Source of the DNA: an uncultured Gammaproteobacteria bacterium
Lineage (GTDB): Bacteria > Patescibacteriota > Patescibacteriia > Magasanikbacterales > GWA2-37-8
NCBI GenBank assembly: GCA_964510885.1
Contig: CAZEDL010000003.1
Location: forward strand, 31,686-95,685
Reading direction: 5' to 3'
Length of the DNA stretch: 64,000 nt
Under the pieces are notes generated by a model that did no database searches, had not been told where the DNA came from, and worked only from the letters and a program-made list of their open reading frames with translations. A program made the position numbers and the translations under genes. Shown here piece by piece: positions 38,349-49,894 of the stretch (position 1 is its first letter; the number at the start of each line of letters is the position of its first letter).

Positions 38349-39050
38349 ATGCTCACGTTGTCGATTGTTATCCCGGTTTTTAATGAAAAAAATACGATTT
38401 TAAAACTGCTTGAAGCGGTGGAAGCTGTAGGGTTGCCTATGCTGCAAAAACAAGTTGTGATTGTTGATGATTGTTCCACGGATGGCACGCGCGATATTTT
38501 ACACACATTGAAGGGAGATTCTTACAAAATTTTGTTCCAGGAAAAAAATCAGGGCAAAGGGGCGGCACTCCGGCGCGGTTTTGCCGAAGCAACCGGAGAT
38601 TTTATTATTATCCAGGATGCAGACCTTGAGTATGATCCGGCTGAATATCCATTACTCCTCGAACCCTTATTATCAGGCAAAGCTGATGCGGTGTTCGGGT
38701 CACGTTTTATCGGCGACCGGGCGCATCGGATTTTATTTTTTTGGCACTCGGTAGGCAACAAGTTTTTGACCTTGTTGTCGAATATGCTGACCAACCTGAA
38801 TTTAACCGATATGGAGGTATGTTATAAAGCATTCACTCGCGGGGCCATGAAAAAGATTCTGCCAACTCTCACCTCTAATCGGTTTAATATTGAGCCCGAG
38901 CTTGCTGCCCGGGTGGCCCAGGCGCACCTGCGTTTGTATGAAGTGGGGATTTCGTATCATGGACGCACCTATGCCGAAGGCAAAAAGATTGGTTGGAAAG
39001 ATGGCGTCAGTGCTATTTGGTCAATTTTTAAATTTAACTTGTTCTCGTAA
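38349..39050 (+). CDS. GT2 polyprenyl-phosphate sugar synthase-like
   Basis: [41 protein letters not shown]. Confidence 0.92.
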   Translation: MLTLSIVIPVFNEKNTILKLLEAVEAVGLPMLQKQVVIVDDCSTDGTRDILHTLKGDSYKILFQEKNQGKGAALRRGFAEATGDFIIIQDADLEYDPAEYPLLLEPLLSGKADAVFGSRFIGDRAHRILFFWHSVGNKFLTLLSNMLTNLNLTDMEVCYKAFTRGAMKKILPTLTSNRFNIEPELAARVAQAHLRLYEVGISYHGRTYAEGKKIGWKDGVSAIWSIFKFNLFS

Positions 39051-39061
39051 TTTTAGGGGGT

Positions 39062-39907
39062 ATGCCAGAGCAGTCCTTGCAAACTCGCATTCAAGCTTGG
39101 TGGAATGATAATCCGTTTATTTATAGTTTTGAAAAAACAGAGCCAGATCTGACTCCTCATTTTTTCGCCGAGATCAACCGCAAATTTATCAAATGGACGC
39201 CCTGGACACAAACTGACGACCGACCTCTCTCGGGAGTGATTGATTTTACAGCTTTGAAAGGTAAACGCGTGCTTGATATTGCAATCGGTACTGGCTGGAG
39301 CACCGAGCGATTCGTGCGCGCTGGAGCAGTGGCAACCGGCCTTGATTTAACGCCCAAGGCCATTGAGATTTCTAAGGTCCGCTTTAAACAAGCTGGGTTG
39401 CCTGAGCCAGAATTGATAGTTGGTGATGCCCAGCATTTGCCCTTTGCCGAGGGAACTTTTGATTTTGTACTGGCGTGGGGCTGCCTCATGCATATGCCAG
39501 ATACGCAGCAAGCGATTAATGAAATTCATCGCGTGCTGAAACCGGGTGGTAAAGCGGCTGCCATGATGTACAACAAACATTCGCTTCACTGGTGGTATTA
39601 CATTTTTTTAAGCAAAGGAATTTTACGCGGCAAGCTGTTGTCAATGAGTCGACAGGAATTGAGCAATCGCTATACAGATGGCGTATACCAGGGCGGTAAT
39701 CAGTTAACTAAGTTTTTCAGTTCGAATGAAGTAGGTGAGTTGTTTAAAAAATTCACTTCTTGCCAAGTGTCGGTGCATGATACCACCACCCCGATTGATC
39801 ATTTTCCGCACCGCCGGTTGCCGCTCGGGAGTTTGTTGCCGCGGCGTTGGCGCGAATATCTCGCGACTAAATTTGGCCAAAGTTTATGGATACAGGTAAC
39901 TAAATAA
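39062..39907 (+). CDS. Class I SAM methyltransferase
   Basis: VLDIAIGTG, GDAQHLPF...TFD, EIHRVLKPGG. Confidence 0.88.
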   Translation: MPEQSLQTRIQAWWNDNPFIYSFEKTEPDLTPHFFAEINRKFIKWTPWTQTDDRPLSGVIDFTALKGKRVLDIAIGTGWSTERFVRAGAVATGLDLTPKAIEISKVRFKQAGLPEPELIVGDAQHLPFAEGTFDFVLAWGCLMHMPDTQQAINEIHRVLKPGGKAAAMMYNKHSLHWWYYIFLSKGILRGKLLSMSRQELSNRYTDGVYQGGNQLTKFFSSNEVGELFKKFTSCQVSVHDTTTPIDHFPHRRLPLGSLLPRRWREYLATKFGQSLWIQVTK

Positions 39908-39923
39908 CTAGCCGGTACGAATT

Positions 39924-41273
39924 ATGAGCGCTCTTCAGCTCGCTAAACAATTCTGCCATAGACACGCCGCACCGATTATCGTGGCGGTGTCTTTTTTTCT
40001 GGTTTTTGGGTATGCACTATGGCATCAGATTGAGCCAGCGGTGGATGCCTATGCCTATGACCAAATTGCCCAGAATATTGTAGCCGGGCACGGTTTTAAA
40101 GAATTGCCCGAGGTTGATTTTGATCATGATATGGCGATTACCCGCGCTGGCCCGGGGTATGAATATTTTTTGGCAGGTATCTTTCGCGTGTTTGGACATC
40201 ACTATGCAGTAGTTTGGTTTATCCAAGCGCTCTTACATGCGCTTACCGCCTATATTATTATTCTCATGGGGAGGCGATTGTGGCCAGAGCGCTCAAAAAT
40301 TGCTTTGTTAGCTGGGATTATATTTGGTTGGCATCCTGACCTGATTGAAATTGGGTCGATGCTGATGACCGAAACCCTGTATTTGTTCTTGGTGACGGTG
40401 CCGGTGTATCTGTTTATCCGGCTATACCAGGAACCGATGCAGTCGTTGAAATGGTCCGTATATATGGGAGTGAGCCTGGTCTTGGCGATTTTGAGTCGGC
40501 CAACGGTGGTACTCTTTGTACCGATTATGGGGCTGTGGTATTGGTGTAATAGGCAGTTCAAGGCTGCGGCTCTGCTCCTTATCATTTTGACTGCCGGATT
40601 AACGCCGTGGACACTACGCAACTGGTATCGGTTTCATGAGTTTATCCCGACTACCCTGATTGGTTCGTATAATATTTGGCTCGGCAATACGCTCGAGAGT
40701 GTGGGCGGTCAATTTTCGGCTGAAAAAAATCCACTGAATGATTTTGCAGCCGCCCATGGATATGTCGCGATGAAGTATGAAGCCAGTCGACAATTTAAGC
40801 AGTTTATTGTTACTCATCCGGTTAGTTTTATTCACTTATCATTTGTCAGAGTGGTGAGGTATTTCAGTTTAATTAGGCCAATGGGTTTTTGGTTTTATCA
40901 GCATGGATTACCGCAGCTTATTTTTGTTGTCTGTTCAGCGACGGCAATTGCACTGCTCTGGGTCAGTGGTTTTTCAGGGCTGATTGGGTGGTGGGGTAAA
41001 CGCGACACGTTGCTGCGTTACCTCATAGCTTTGGCTATTACTGCACCACTGCCGTTATTGTTAACCGTTGTACAATCGCGGTATCGATTTCAAATTTATC
41101 CCTTTTTGGCGCTTAGCGGCGCCTGGTGGCTGGCTTCTTGGCGACAGGATTTGAGGTTGCGATATATTGGGTATGGGGTAGTAGCGAGTTTGCTAGTTAT
41201 AAGTCTGATCGATGCTCGGGTATTTTTACCCGTTATTATAGAGCGGCTACATCAGATTGGATTGTTTATTTAA
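39924..41273 (+). CDS. GT-C fold membrane glycosyltransferase
   Basis: DAYAYDQIAQN, R..PGY, LMTE, LSRP, PWTLRN, SRYRF. Confidence 0.8.
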   Translation: MSALQLAKQFCHRHAAPIIVAVSFFLVFGYALWHQIEPAVDAYAYDQIAQNIVAGHGFKELPEVDFDHDMAITRAGPGYEYFLAGIFRVFGHHYAVVWFIQALLHALTAYIIILMGRRLWPERSKIALLAGIIFGWHPDLIEIGSMLMTETLYLFLVTVPVYLFIRLYQEPMQSLKWSVYMGVSLVLAILSRPTVVLFVPIMGLWYWCNRQFKAAALLLIILTAGLTPWTLRNWYRFHEFIPTTLIGSYNIWLGNTLESVGGQFSAEKNPLNDFAAAHGYVAMKYEASRQFKQFIVTHPVSFIHLSFVRVVRYFSLIRPMGFWFYQHGLPQLIFVVCSATAIALLWVSGFSGLIGWWGKRDTLLRYLIALAITAPLPLLLTVVQSRYRFQIYPFLALSGAWWLASWRQDLRLRYIGYGVVASLLVISLIDARVFLPVIIERLHQIGLFI

Positions 41274-41277
41274 AGGT

Positions 41278-43158
41278 ATGTGCGGAATTAACGGTTTTAC
41301 TTTTAGTGATGAACAGCTGGTTGCTCGCATGAATGCAGTGACGCAGCATCGGGGCCCCGATCAAACTCGATCGGTAGTATTGCCGCGCATTTCTTTTGGT
41401 CATAACCGTTTGGCGATTATTGATTTGAGCCCGCGTGGCAGCCAGCCGATGTGGGATGCTGCTAAAGAACTGGTGATCGTATTCAACGGAGAAATCTATA
41501 ATTATAAAGAATTAAAAAAGGAACTGCAGACTGATTTTCAATTTCAGTCTGATAGTGACACCGAAGTGATTCTGTATGCGTATAAAAAATATGGGGCCGA
41601 GTGTTTGCATAAGTTGAATGGTATTTTTGCCTTTGCGATTTGGAACGAGCGTACGGCCGAATTATTTGTGGCTCGCGACCGCATGGGCGTTAATCCGTTT
41701 TATTATTATGAAGATAATCGAGGGTTAATTTTTTCTTCGGAAATAAAAGCGATTTTTGAACATGGGGTGCCACGCAGTGTGGATAGACAGGCATTCAACC
41801 TTTATTTTCAGCTTCTCTATGTGCCGGAACCCTTGACCATGTTTGCCGGTATTAAGAAATTACCGGCTGCAAGTTATGGTGTGTGGAGGGCTGGCCAGCA
41901 GCTTGAGGTTAAGCGCTATTGGTCGGTAACCAATTTTTCTAATTTTGAAAATAAATCAGAGACTGTTCAGTCTATTAAATCTACCTTTACTGCTGCAGTT
42001 AACGATCAGTTGGTGTCAGACAGGCCAGTCGGTGTTTTTTTAAGTGGTGGTATGGATTCAACCGCGGTGCTCGGAGCGGCGGCTGGAGCAGTGTCTGGCC
42101 CGATAAAAACATTTTCTGTTGGTTTTACAGACAGTCTTAATCCAGAGAAGTTTAATGCTGATGCAATGCTGGCGCAAAAAACCGCTGCCTATTATGGTGC
42201 CAATCATACTGAACTTATGATTGGGCCGACCGATATCAAAAATAATTTAGAAAAAATTGCCTGGCATCTGGATGAGCCAAATAGTAATCCAACTGCTGGA
42301 GCGATGTATTTATTGGCGCAAGAGGCAAAAAAACAGGTGGCGGTAGTACTCGGAGGAGATGGTGGGGATGAATTATTTGGTGGTTATCCGCGTTATTTTT
42401 ATAGCCGATTAATAACTCTGTTCCAGCGCTCACCACGGGCTTTGCAGGCAGTGTTAGTGGGTGCCGGCGGGTTGATAGGGGGTAGTCGAGTTAGAAAGGC
42501 GCTTCTCACCGGGCCCGGTGCTGAGCGAATTACCTTGTTTCTAGGGCAAAAGAAATCAGAATGGGGGCAATTTTTGGCGGCTGGAATTCAGGAGCCTGGA
42601 GCGAGCGAGCGCTATATTGCGGAGCGATTTTTTACTGATGCAACCTTTACCGGACAAGCTGATTTTGCCGTTGATTTTGAAAAATATTTTATGCAGGTTG
42701 ATCGCCAGAGCTGGCTGGTGGATGAATCGCTCCAGCGTACTAATAAAATGTGCTTGGGTTTTGGGCTCGAACCGCGGGTGCCGGTGCTTGATTATCAGTT
42801 GGTAGAATTGTCGGCCCGGATTCCATCACGTTGGAAGTTTGGAATAATTGGTAATAGCGGCCGTCAATTTCAAGGTAAACAGATTTGGAAACAGGCGATT
42901 GAAGGCTACTTGCCAGCTCATGTCAGAGACCAGCAGAAACGCGGCTGGTTTACCCCGATGTCCAAATGGATGCGCGGCGGGCTCAAAGATACGGTGGAGA
43001 CTATGTTGTCACCGAGTGAGCTGTCATCAGAATTTTTTGACCCAGCGGGTGTGCAGACGTTGCTTACAGAACATATGGAGAGTAAGGCGTATCATTTGCC
43101 GAGCCTGTGGGCGCTCGTGATGTGGCAGTTATGGTATCGAACATTTATTAAAAAATAG
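41278..43158 (+). CDS. asnB: Glutamine-hydrolysing asparagine synthase family amidotransferase (probably glycan amidation)
   Basis: [47 protein letters not shown]. Confidence 0.93.
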   Translation: MCGINGFTFSDEQLVARMNAVTQHRGPDQTRSVVLPRISFGHNRLAIIDLSPRGSQPMWDAAKELVIVFNGEIYNYKELKKELQTDFQFQSDSDTEVILYAYKKYGAECLHKLNGIFAFAIWNERTAELFVARDRMGVNPFYYYEDNRGLIFSSEIKAIFEHGVPRSVDRQAFNLYFQLLYVPEPLTMFAGIKKLPAASYGVWRAGQQLEVKRYWSVTNFSNFENKSETVQSIKSTFTAAVNDQLVSDRPVGVFLSGGMDSTAVLGAAAGAVSGPIKTFSVGFTDSLNPEKFNADAMLAQKTAAYYGANHTELMIGPTDIKNNLEKIAWHLDEPNSNPTAGAMYLLAQEAKKQVAVVLGGDGGDELFGGYPRYFYSRLITLFQRSPRALQAVLVGAGGLIGGSRVRKALLTGPGAERITLFLGQKKSEWGQFLAAGIQEPGASERYIAERFFTDATFTGQADFAVDFEKYFMQVDRQSWLVDESLQRTNKMCLGFGLEPRVPVLDYQLVELSARIPSRWKFGIIGNSGRQFQGKQIWKQAIEGYLPAHVRDQQKRGWFTPMSKWMRGGLKDTVETMLSPSELSSEFFDPAGVQTLLTEHMESKAYHLPSLWALVMWQLWYRTFIKK

Positions 43159-43163
43159 GATAT

Positions 43164-43865
43164 ATGGGAGAAGGTGTATTATCGGTGGTAATCCCGGTCT
43201 ATAATGAGGCCAAGACTATTCAACTGGTGGTTGATAAGGTTCGCGCTGCAGCAACACCCGGGATGACCAAAGAAATTATTATTGTTGATGATGGTTCGAC
43301 GGACGGCACACGCGAGGTGATCGCTGCTTTCACTGATTGCAAAATTATTTTGCAGGATACCAATCAAGGCAAAGGGGCGGCTCTGCGCCGCGGTTTTGCA
43401 GCGGCTACGGGGGGGTGGGTGATTGTGCAGGATGCTGATCTTGAATATGACCCCGCTGACTATGCGGCGTTGCTCACTGTGGCCAGAGAAAAAGGTGTTA
43501 GTGTTGTCTACGGATCGCGACTGCGCGGCCGATCATGGCGGGAGATTAAAACGTCAGGATTTGGATTTTTACTCGGTGGCCTTTTTTTGACTGCGTTGAC
43601 TGATATATTGTATGCAGCACGATTGACCGATGAACCAACCTGTTACAAATTATTCCGGCGTGAAGTGCTCTCCACGATACCGTTATCGTGCCAGCGGTTT
43701 GAATTTTGCCCAGAAGTAACGGCCAAAATTTTAAAACGGCATATTAAGATTGCTGAAGCCCCGATTCATTATTATCCCCGCACGGTGGCACAGGGTAAAA
43801 AGATACGATTGCGTGATGGATGGGATGCGATTTGGACGTTGATTAAATACCGTTTTGTTGATTAA
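43164..43865 (+). CDS. GT2 polyprenyl-phosphate sugar synthase-like
   Basis: [32 protein letters not shown]. Confidence 0.92.
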   Translation: MGEGVLSVVIPVYNEAKTIQLVVDKVRAAATPGMTKEIIIVDDGSTDGTREVIAAFTDCKIILQDTNQGKGAALRRGFAAATGGWVIVQDADLEYDPADYAALLTVAREKGVSVVYGSRLRGRSWREIKTSGFGFLLGGLFLTALTDILYAARLTDEPTCYKLFRREVLSTIPLSCQRFEFCPEVTAKILKRHIKIAEAPIHYYPRTVAQGKKIRLRDGWDAIWTLIKYRFVD

Positions 43866-43874
43866 TGCGCGCCT

Positions 43875-45023
43875 ATGGAGATTATTTATCCAGCCGTGAT
43901 TAGATTCCCAACCGAGAAAGCACACGGCATTCAGATTGCGAAAACTGTCGAAGCGCTCGCAGCGCTTGGGCATTCTGTGACGTTGATAATCCCTGATCGT
44001 CAAAACGAAATAGTGGCTGATCCAGTTGTTTTTTACGGTTTAAAACAGGCTATTTTGGTAAAAAAGGTGTGGTGTGTTGATTTGTTTAAGTTGGGTTTGA
44101 AACACTCGATAGGATACGCAGTGCTCACCCTCACATTTGTATGGTCGCTGTTATTAACCTTATCGCTTAAACATAATTCGTCACGAATTTATTATACTCG
44201 TGATTGGTTTGTGGCACTGGTTTTATCTTTTTTTACCGCTCAGGTACATTATGAAATCCATACTATTCCAAGTCGGGTTAGGTGGTGGCATCGGGCTGCA
44301 TGGCGCCGGAGTCGGGGTATTGTGGCTATTAGCGAAGGTCTGAAGCAGGTGTTGGTAGCTGAAGGGGTGGCGCACGATAAAATTTTAATAGCTCATGATG
44401 GTGTTGATCTGTCTGAGTTTGTGAGTACATTGAATCAGCGAGAGTGCCGGCATCAGCTTAATCTGCCGGTTAATAAAAAAATTGTTGTGTATCTCGGCCA
44501 GCTCTATGCCTGGAAAGGCGCGCCGATTTTGGCTGAAGCCAGTAAGCAGCTGGTTGATTTAAAAGATGTTTTAGTTTGTATCGTCGGAGGATCGGCTTTA
44601 GAAGTTGCTGATTTTAAATCCCGTTGGCCACATGATACGCTCTGTCTGCCTGGGAGGCAGTCGCGCGATCTGGCTCCACTGTGGCTTGGGGCGGCTGATG
44701 TTTTGGTGGTGCCTAATAGTGCTAAAGATAAGATGGCTAGCATATTTACTTCGCCGCTCAAATTATTTGAATATTTAGCAGTTGGTAAGCCTATTATCGC
44801 AAGCGATGTACCGGCGCTAAGAGCGGTCTTAAAAGAAGGGGTTGCCACATGGGTTAATCCCGATGATGCAATAGAGCTTGCGGCTGGAATTAAGAAAGTG
44901 CTTGGAGGGTACACAGAGGCTGCTAGAAGAGCGCAGTTAGGACAGGAGTTGGTTAAGGAGTATAGTTGGGAAAAACGTGCTCAGAAGATTAGTCTTTTTT
45001 TACAACGATCGATAGTGTGTTAG
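43875..45023 (+). CDS. GT4 glycosyltransferase
   Basis: RFPTEKAHGIQI, WKG, TSPLKLFEYLA. Confidence 0.9.
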   Translation: MEIIYPAVIRFPTEKAHGIQIAKTVEALAALGHSVTLIIPDRQNEIVADPVVFYGLKQAILVKKVWCVDLFKLGLKHSIGYAVLTLTFVWSLLLTLSLKHNSSRIYYTRDWFVALVLSFFTAQVHYEIHTIPSRVRWWHRAAWRRSRGIVAISEGLKQVLVAEGVAHDKILIAHDGVDLSEFVSTLNQRECRHQLNLPVNKKIVVYLGQLYAWKGAPILAEASKQLVDLKDVLVCIVGGSALEVADFKSRWPHDTLCLPGRQSRDLAPLWLGAADVLVVPNSAKDKMASIFTSPLKLFEYLAVGKPIIASDVPALRAVLKEGVATWVNPDDAIELAAGIKKVLGGYTEAARRAQLGQELVKEYSWEKRAQKISLFLQRSIVC

Positions 45024-45092
45024 TATCGAAATTCCTTAATATTTAGTTGGGAAAAAACAGCTGAATTTTATATAAAATCAGCCAAAATTGCC

Positions 45093-45121
45093 TTGACACC
45101 CCAATCAAATTATTAGATAAT
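45093..45121 (+). promoter_or_regulatory. Internal sigma70-type promoter
   Basis: TTGACA-17 nt-GATAAT in the only sizeable gap of this gene run. Confidence 0.55.
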
Positions 45122-45158
45122 ATTCGGGTATTTAGATATTTGCATGTAATTTTCCGCT

Positions 45159-46115
45159 ATGATAAGGCCAAAAATTGGACAAAAAGGTGTGGGCTGGGTG
45201 GGTCGCCAAGTTATGAACTATTTTGTTGATACGCTTGGGTATCAGGTTGGAGTTGATTATTTTCCTTACGATATCGATAAAGGCAAAGAGTTTAATTATG
45301 ATGTAAATCAGGCTGATTGGGTTGTTATCACAGTCCCGTCACCTCGTCGGGCTGATGGGAGTTGTGATGTATCGATTGTGGAAGATAGTATTAAAGATAT
45401 TGCTGATGGCAAAGTGGTAATAATTAAATCCACCGTCATCCCTGGCACTTCGGAAAGGCTGCAGCAGCAGTATCCAGGAAAATTAATTTTGTTTAACCCG
45501 GAATTTTTGACCGAGTCGCAGGCGAAGCATGATTTTTTTTATCCAGATCGTCAAATTGTGGGTTACACTGACAAAAGTCGTGCCATGTCAAGTTTGGTAT
45601 TATCATTACTTCCTGATGCTTTTTTCACTGCGCCTGGCATGAGCGATTGTTATAAATGGACCAATGTTACAGCTACAGAAGCTGAGCTTGGTAAATATGC
45701 TTGTAATATTTTTGGCAGTATTAAAGTTACATTTGGCAACATCTTTGCTGATGTCTGTGAGGCGATGACCGAACAATATGCAGCTGCAAAAACAGGCAGT
45801 GCAGTAGATTATGAAAAAGTCCGCCTGATTATGGCTCATGATAAGCGGATTAAAGATTCTTGGCTCGATATTTATCGGGGTAGTTACCGGGGATTTGGTG
45901 GGTACTGCTTCCCCAAAGATTTAGAAGCGTTTATTCGTTTCTTAGAATTGATTATTCCAGCGGTTGAAGATCAGGCGTTGGCGGAGTGTCTGCGAAAAGG
46001 GGTCGCCCTGTTTCGGGCGGTGTGGGACTATAACACTGCAGTATTGAAAAGGCAGGGATTGACGGTTGAGCAAGTTGCTCTCCATATCGACCAAACTGTG
46101 GGTATTAAAAAATAA
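45159..46115 (+). CDS. UDP-glucose/GDP-mannose dehydrogenase family, short form
   Basis: GVGWVG, VPSP, IKSTVIPGT, NPEFLTE, EAELGKY..N, GFGGYCFPKD; C-terminal domain absent. Confidence 0.85.
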   Translation: MIRPKIGQKGVGWVGRQVMNYFVDTLGYQVGVDYFPYDIDKGKEFNYDVNQADWVVITVPSPRRADGSCDVSIVEDSIKDIADGKVVIIKSTVIPGTSERLQQQYPGKLILFNPEFLTESQAKHDFFYPDRQIVGYTDKSRAMSSLVLSLLPDAFFTAPGMSDCYKWTNVTATEAELGKYACNIFGSIKVTFGNIFADVCEAMTEQYAAAKTGSAVDYEKVRLIMAHDKRIKDSWLDIYRGSYRGFGGYCFPKDLEAFIRFLELIIPAVEDQALAECLRKGVALFRAVWDYNTAVLKRQGLTVEQVALHIDQTVGIKK

Positions 46116-46128
46116 TTTTAAGCATGAT

Positions 46129-47100
46129 ATGCGCACTCTTATTACCGGTGGAGCTGGATTTATCGGTAGTCATTTGGCAGATAAGCTGATAGCGGCAGGT
46201 GATAGCGTAACGGTTTTTGATGATTTCTCCACGGGTAATCGCGCTAATATTAAGGCATTGTTAAAAAGCAATCGGTTTAAATTAGTAAAAGGGACGGTGC
46301 TTGATAAAAAAGCCCTGGCACCGCTAGTCAAAAAGTCTGACCGAATTTTTCATCTAGCGGCAGCGGTCGGGGTCAAGCTCGTGGTGGCTAAACCGCTTCA
46401 ATCTTTGATTACTAATTTAGATGGTACGCGGGTTGTACTGGATTTGGCGGCCAAACAAGGGTGTCTGACACTGATTGCTTCAACCTCTGAAGTGTACGGA
46501 AAAAATCCTAAACTGCCTTTTTCTGAGAATGATGATCGGGTGTATGGATCGGTATACCACGAACGCTGGGGCTATGCGCTGGCTAAAACAATCGATGAAT
46601 TAATGGGGGTATTATATTGGAGAGAAAAAAAATTGCCGACAGTGATGGTGCGATTTTTTAATACCACTGGGCCGCGTCAATCAAGCGCCTATGGTATGGT
46701 GGTGCCAACGTTTGTGCGCCAGGCCCTCGCTAACCAGCCATTGACTATTCATGCCGATGGTTTGCAGGTTAGATCGTTTAGTTATGTTGATGATATTGTG
46801 CGCGGCATCACTACTTTGATTGCTGCGCCCAAGGCGTACGGTGAAGTGATTAATCTTGGGTCTAATGAACCGGTAACTATTCGAGAGCTGGCCGAACGTA
46901 TTATTGCCAAAACAGACAGTCGGTCGAAGATTGTGTATGTGCCGTATCACAAAGCGTTTAATAAAACATTTGAAGATACCCCCAAACGTATCCCTGATAT
47001 TGCTAAAGCCAAACGATTAATTGGCTATCAACCTCAATTTTCTCTCGATATGATTCTCGATGAGGCGATTCGTTTTCAACGTCAATATGTAGCCAAATAA
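46129..47100 (+). CDS. NAD-dependent nucleotide-sugar epimerase/dehydratase
   Basis: [40 protein letters not shown]. Confidence 0.92.
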   Translation: MRTLITGGAGFIGSHLADKLIAAGDSVTVFDDFSTGNRANIKALLKSNRFKLVKGTVLDKKALAPLVKKSDRIFHLAAAVGVKLVVAKPLQSLITNLDGTRVVLDLAAKQGCLTLIASTSEVYGKNPKLPFSENDDRVYGSVYHERWGYALAKTIDELMGVLYWREKKLPTVMVRFFNTTGPRQSSAYGMVVPTFVRQALANQPLTIHADGLQVRSFSYVDDIVRGITTLIAAPKAYGEVINLGSNEPVTIRELAERIIAKTDSRSKIVYVPYHKAFNKTFEDTPKRIPDIAKAKRLIGYQPQFSLDMILDEAIRFQRQYVAK

Positions 47101-47109
47101 AGACATTTT

Positions 47110-47850
47110 ATGCAGCCTTTTGTCTCGATCGTAATTCCTTGTTACAACGAAACCAAGCGCTTAGTAACTTTTTTTGATCCATGGATTAAGCGAGTAGACG
47201 CGACTGGTCTTGATTATGAGTGTCTACTTGTAGATGATGGTAGCCGCGATAGTACGTATATAGCTCTTCAAGAACGGGCAGCTATTAATCCGCGCCTTAA
47301 GCCTTTGACTCATCTGCCTAATCGCGGACGTGGTTATAGTGTACGTCAGGGAATGATGGCTGCTAACGGCCGATATATTTTTGAAACGGATGTTGATGGC
47401 TCATACGATGTGCCTGAGATGGTGCGGTTTATTAATTTTCTAGAGAGCCATCCGGAGTATGATATGGTGATTGCTTCGCGTGAGCAAAATGATGCCAAAG
47501 CATTGATTAATCAGCCGCCGCTTAGGATTGTGGCGGGTAAAATTTTTCATGCGCTATTCTTTTTATTTTTTGGAGGGGAATTCACTGATGTAATGGCTGG
47601 GTGCAAAATATACCGCCGGGATGCTGCCAAGGTTATTTTTTCGCATCAGTATGATAACGAATTTTTAGGAGCTGCAGAGACAGTATACGCTGCGAATAAA
47701 CTTGGTTTTAAGATAAAAGAATTACCGGTCACCTGGACCGATGATCCAGAAGGGTCAAAAGTTAACGCATGGCGCGCCGCCCGCCGTACGCTGATTGGCA
47801 TGATCCAGATGAAATGGCGGGGTCTACGGGGGATGTATCGACGAGTTTAA
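47110..47850 (+). CDS. GT2, dolichyl-phosphate glucosyltransferase-like
   Basis: IPCYNE, VDDGSRD, NRGRGYSV..G, DVD, E.PV.W. Confidence 0.88.
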   Translation: MQPFVSIVIPCYNETKRLVTFFDPWIKRVDATGLDYECLLVDDGSRDSTYIALQERAAINPRLKPLTHLPNRGRGYSVRQGMMAANGRYIFETDVDGSYDVPEMVRFINFLESHPEYDMVIASREQNDAKALINQPPLRIVAGKIFHALFFLFFGGEFTDVMAGCKIYRRDAAKVIFSHQYDNEFLGAAETVYAANKLGFKIKELPVTWTDDPEGSKVNAWRAARRTLIGMIQMKWRGLRGMYRRV

Positions 47851-47859
47851 TAGTGCCCT

Positions 47860-49635
47860 ATGGTCAAGGCTGGATTTAAGCGATTATACACAGTACTTCG
47901 GGCCGCGCTGCGCCTACATTGGCACGCGCTTTTTTTATCGCTTATCTGCGCCTGCATTATTGGGATTCCAAGTGTGGGGTTCCGGTTTGAACCAGCATTT
48001 CAGGGGGTAGATTTGCTTGGAACTGATGCTGAAGAAAATTATGTCGCCCAGATTCGTTCCGTCTATAACGGCGATTTTTCGTTTGGCAATGTTTTTTTGT
48101 ACGAGGGCAAGGATGAGCCATATCTAAAACAGCCTTTACCAGCAATACTGACAGCAGTGCTTGGAAAATCATTGGGTCTATCAGTGGCCGATGCGTCGGT
48201 GGCGGCAAAATTTTTCTTTCCGGTGGTGGTTTTTTGGTTGGTGTATGGCTTGTATTTTACAATTTCTAAGCGTCGTTTACTGTCGCTGCTTGGGGCTGTG
48301 TTTGTGCTTATGTCACCGGCAACTTCGGCCTTATTGGATCCGCACACGTGGTTACCGCTTCTTCAAACGGGAGTTTTCCCCGTCAACGATGCTCAGTTTT
48401 TACTGTATGCTCGGACGATTAACCCGCAAGTAAGTAGTGTAATATTTTTCGCCTATTTATTGGCTTTGTGGCGATTGCTAAGAGCTTATGGTAAGAGTGA
48501 TAACCGGGCCGCAATCGGTATTGCAACAGCGACGTTATTAGGAGCTTCTTTTTATACCTACATTTATTCGTTTACTCTACTGCTCGCTATAACTGGGTGC
48601 CTAGGTTTATATTTTTTAGTTTGTAAAGAGTGGGGTCGCTTTAAGTTGGTGGGCGCGATAACTGGTGGGGGAGTGACGATTGGAATTCCGTATATTATAA
48701 ATATGGTAGAAGCGCTGCGCTCGCCTTATTATCCTGAATTGGCGGTTCGGGCAGGTCAACTGGCCAGCCACGCTCCAGTGATTAGTTCGGTATGGTGTGG
48801 AATTATTTTGCTTCTAATTATTTTTTATCGACGCCTAGATTCATTTGGATTATTTGCCCTAAGTTTTTTGGGGGGTATATTCTTGGTGTCTAATCAGCAA
48901 ATAATAACCGGTCGGACAATTCCGATCCCGTCACATTTCCATTGGTATTATATGGCGCCTGTGGCCGGATTTTTATTAGGTTATATTTTTATTTCGATTG
49001 TACAAAAGTACTTAACAGAACGTGTTATCGGATTGCTGCAATTATTAGCTATCATTATTTTTATCGGAGTTGGTATCCAATTTCAACGGTGGTCTTACAC
49101 AGAGCATAAAGGTGAGGCACTAGTTGTACAGAGGTATAGTCCGGCGCTGACGTGGCTCGCAGATCATACTAACGAAGATGATGTTATCTTCTCAGAAGAC
49201 GATTTTGCTTTATTGGCATTGGTATATACGCCTGCTAACAATTATTACAATCGATATATTGGTGAGAATTTGGTGTCATCGGAGCGCCTTAGACGGGCAG
49301 ATTATACCTATATGTATTTGAATGGGGTACAGGCCAAAGATGCGGAAGCGTATTTTGCTGATCCGGTGAACCGTGATCTTTTCGGCCGACATCAGTTTGG
49401 TAATTATTACCGGGCGATAAAAGGGTGCTATGATTGTTACCCGGATGAATATAACCAGCAGTTTATCCGGGAGTATAAAGAGTTCGCTAGCCAGCCGTTT
49501 ATTGATAATTTGAAAAAATACCGGATTACCTATGCGGTGCAAGATAAGAAGAGTGAGCATCAGTGGAATCTCGGACGTTACTTTTCGGAAATTGTGTTTG
49601 AGGATGATCAGGTAATTATTTATCGTGTGCCATAG
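47860..49635 (+). CDS. Large multi-TM protein, probable GT-C with an STT3-like C-terminal domain
   Basis: DAEENY after TM1, many TMs, C-terminal ALTWLADHTNEDDVIFS...KKYRITY; lacks WWDYG. Confidence 0.55.
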   Translation: MVKAGFKRLYTVLRAALRLHWHALFLSLICACIIGIPSVGFRFEPAFQGVDLLGTDAEENYVAQIRSVYNGDFSFGNVFLYEGKDEPYLKQPLPAILTAVLGKSLGLSVADASVAAKFFFPVVVFWLVYGLYFTISKRRLLSLLGAVFVLMSPATSALLDPHTWLPLLQTGVFPVNDAQFLLYARTINPQVSSVIFFAYLLALWRLLRAYGKSDNRAAIGIATATLLGASFYTYIYSFTLLLAITGCLGLYFLVCKEWGRFKLVGAITGGGVTIGIPYIINMVEALRSPYYPELAVRAGQLASHAPVISSVWCGIILLLIIFYRRLDSFGLFALSFLGGIFLVSNQQIITGRTIPIPSHFHWYYMAPVAGFLLGYIFISIVQKYLTERVIGLLQLLAIIIFIGVGIQFQRWSYTEHKGEALVVQRYSPALTWLADHTNEDDVIFSEDDFALLALVYTPANNYYNRYIGENLVSSERLRRADYTYMYLNGVQAKDAEAYFADPVNRDLFGRHQFGNYYRAIKGCYDCYPDEYNQQFIREYKEFASQPFIDNLKKYRITYAVQDKKSEHQWNLGRYFSEIVFEDDQVIIYRVP

Positions 49636-49651
49636 CAATTTTAAATATCAT

Positions 49652-49888
49652 ATGAAATCTATCAAATATATTTTATCTGGTCTGCTGCTAGGCTGGAAAA
49701 AATTTTCGCATGTGCTTGGCTGGGTTAATTCCCGGATTATTTTTAGTATTATTTATTTGGTGTTATTTGGAGTGTATAATGCAGTCATGAGGCTAATAGC
49801 TGTGGTTGGGCGCCAGAAAAAATCAGAGACTTTTTGGGTTGACAAAAAGTATACCGAGCCGACCGTGTCTATGCAGCGGCAATTCTAA
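49652..49888 (+). CDS. SxtJ-like small membrane protein
   Basis: W.KFSHVLGWVNSRIIFSIIY...SETFW....MQRQF pattern typical of proteins next to carbamoyltransferases. Confidence 0.75.
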   Translation: MKSIKYILSGLLLGWKKFSHVLGWVNSRIIFSIIYLVLFGVYNAVMRLIAVVGRQKKSETFWVDKKYTEPTVSMQRQF

Positions 49889-49894
49889 TGTTTT

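Noticed and set aside
41278-43158. asnB as true asparagine biosynthesis
   Set aside because: Embedded among glycosyltransferases, where this family commonly amidates uronic acids; symbol kept only as a family label
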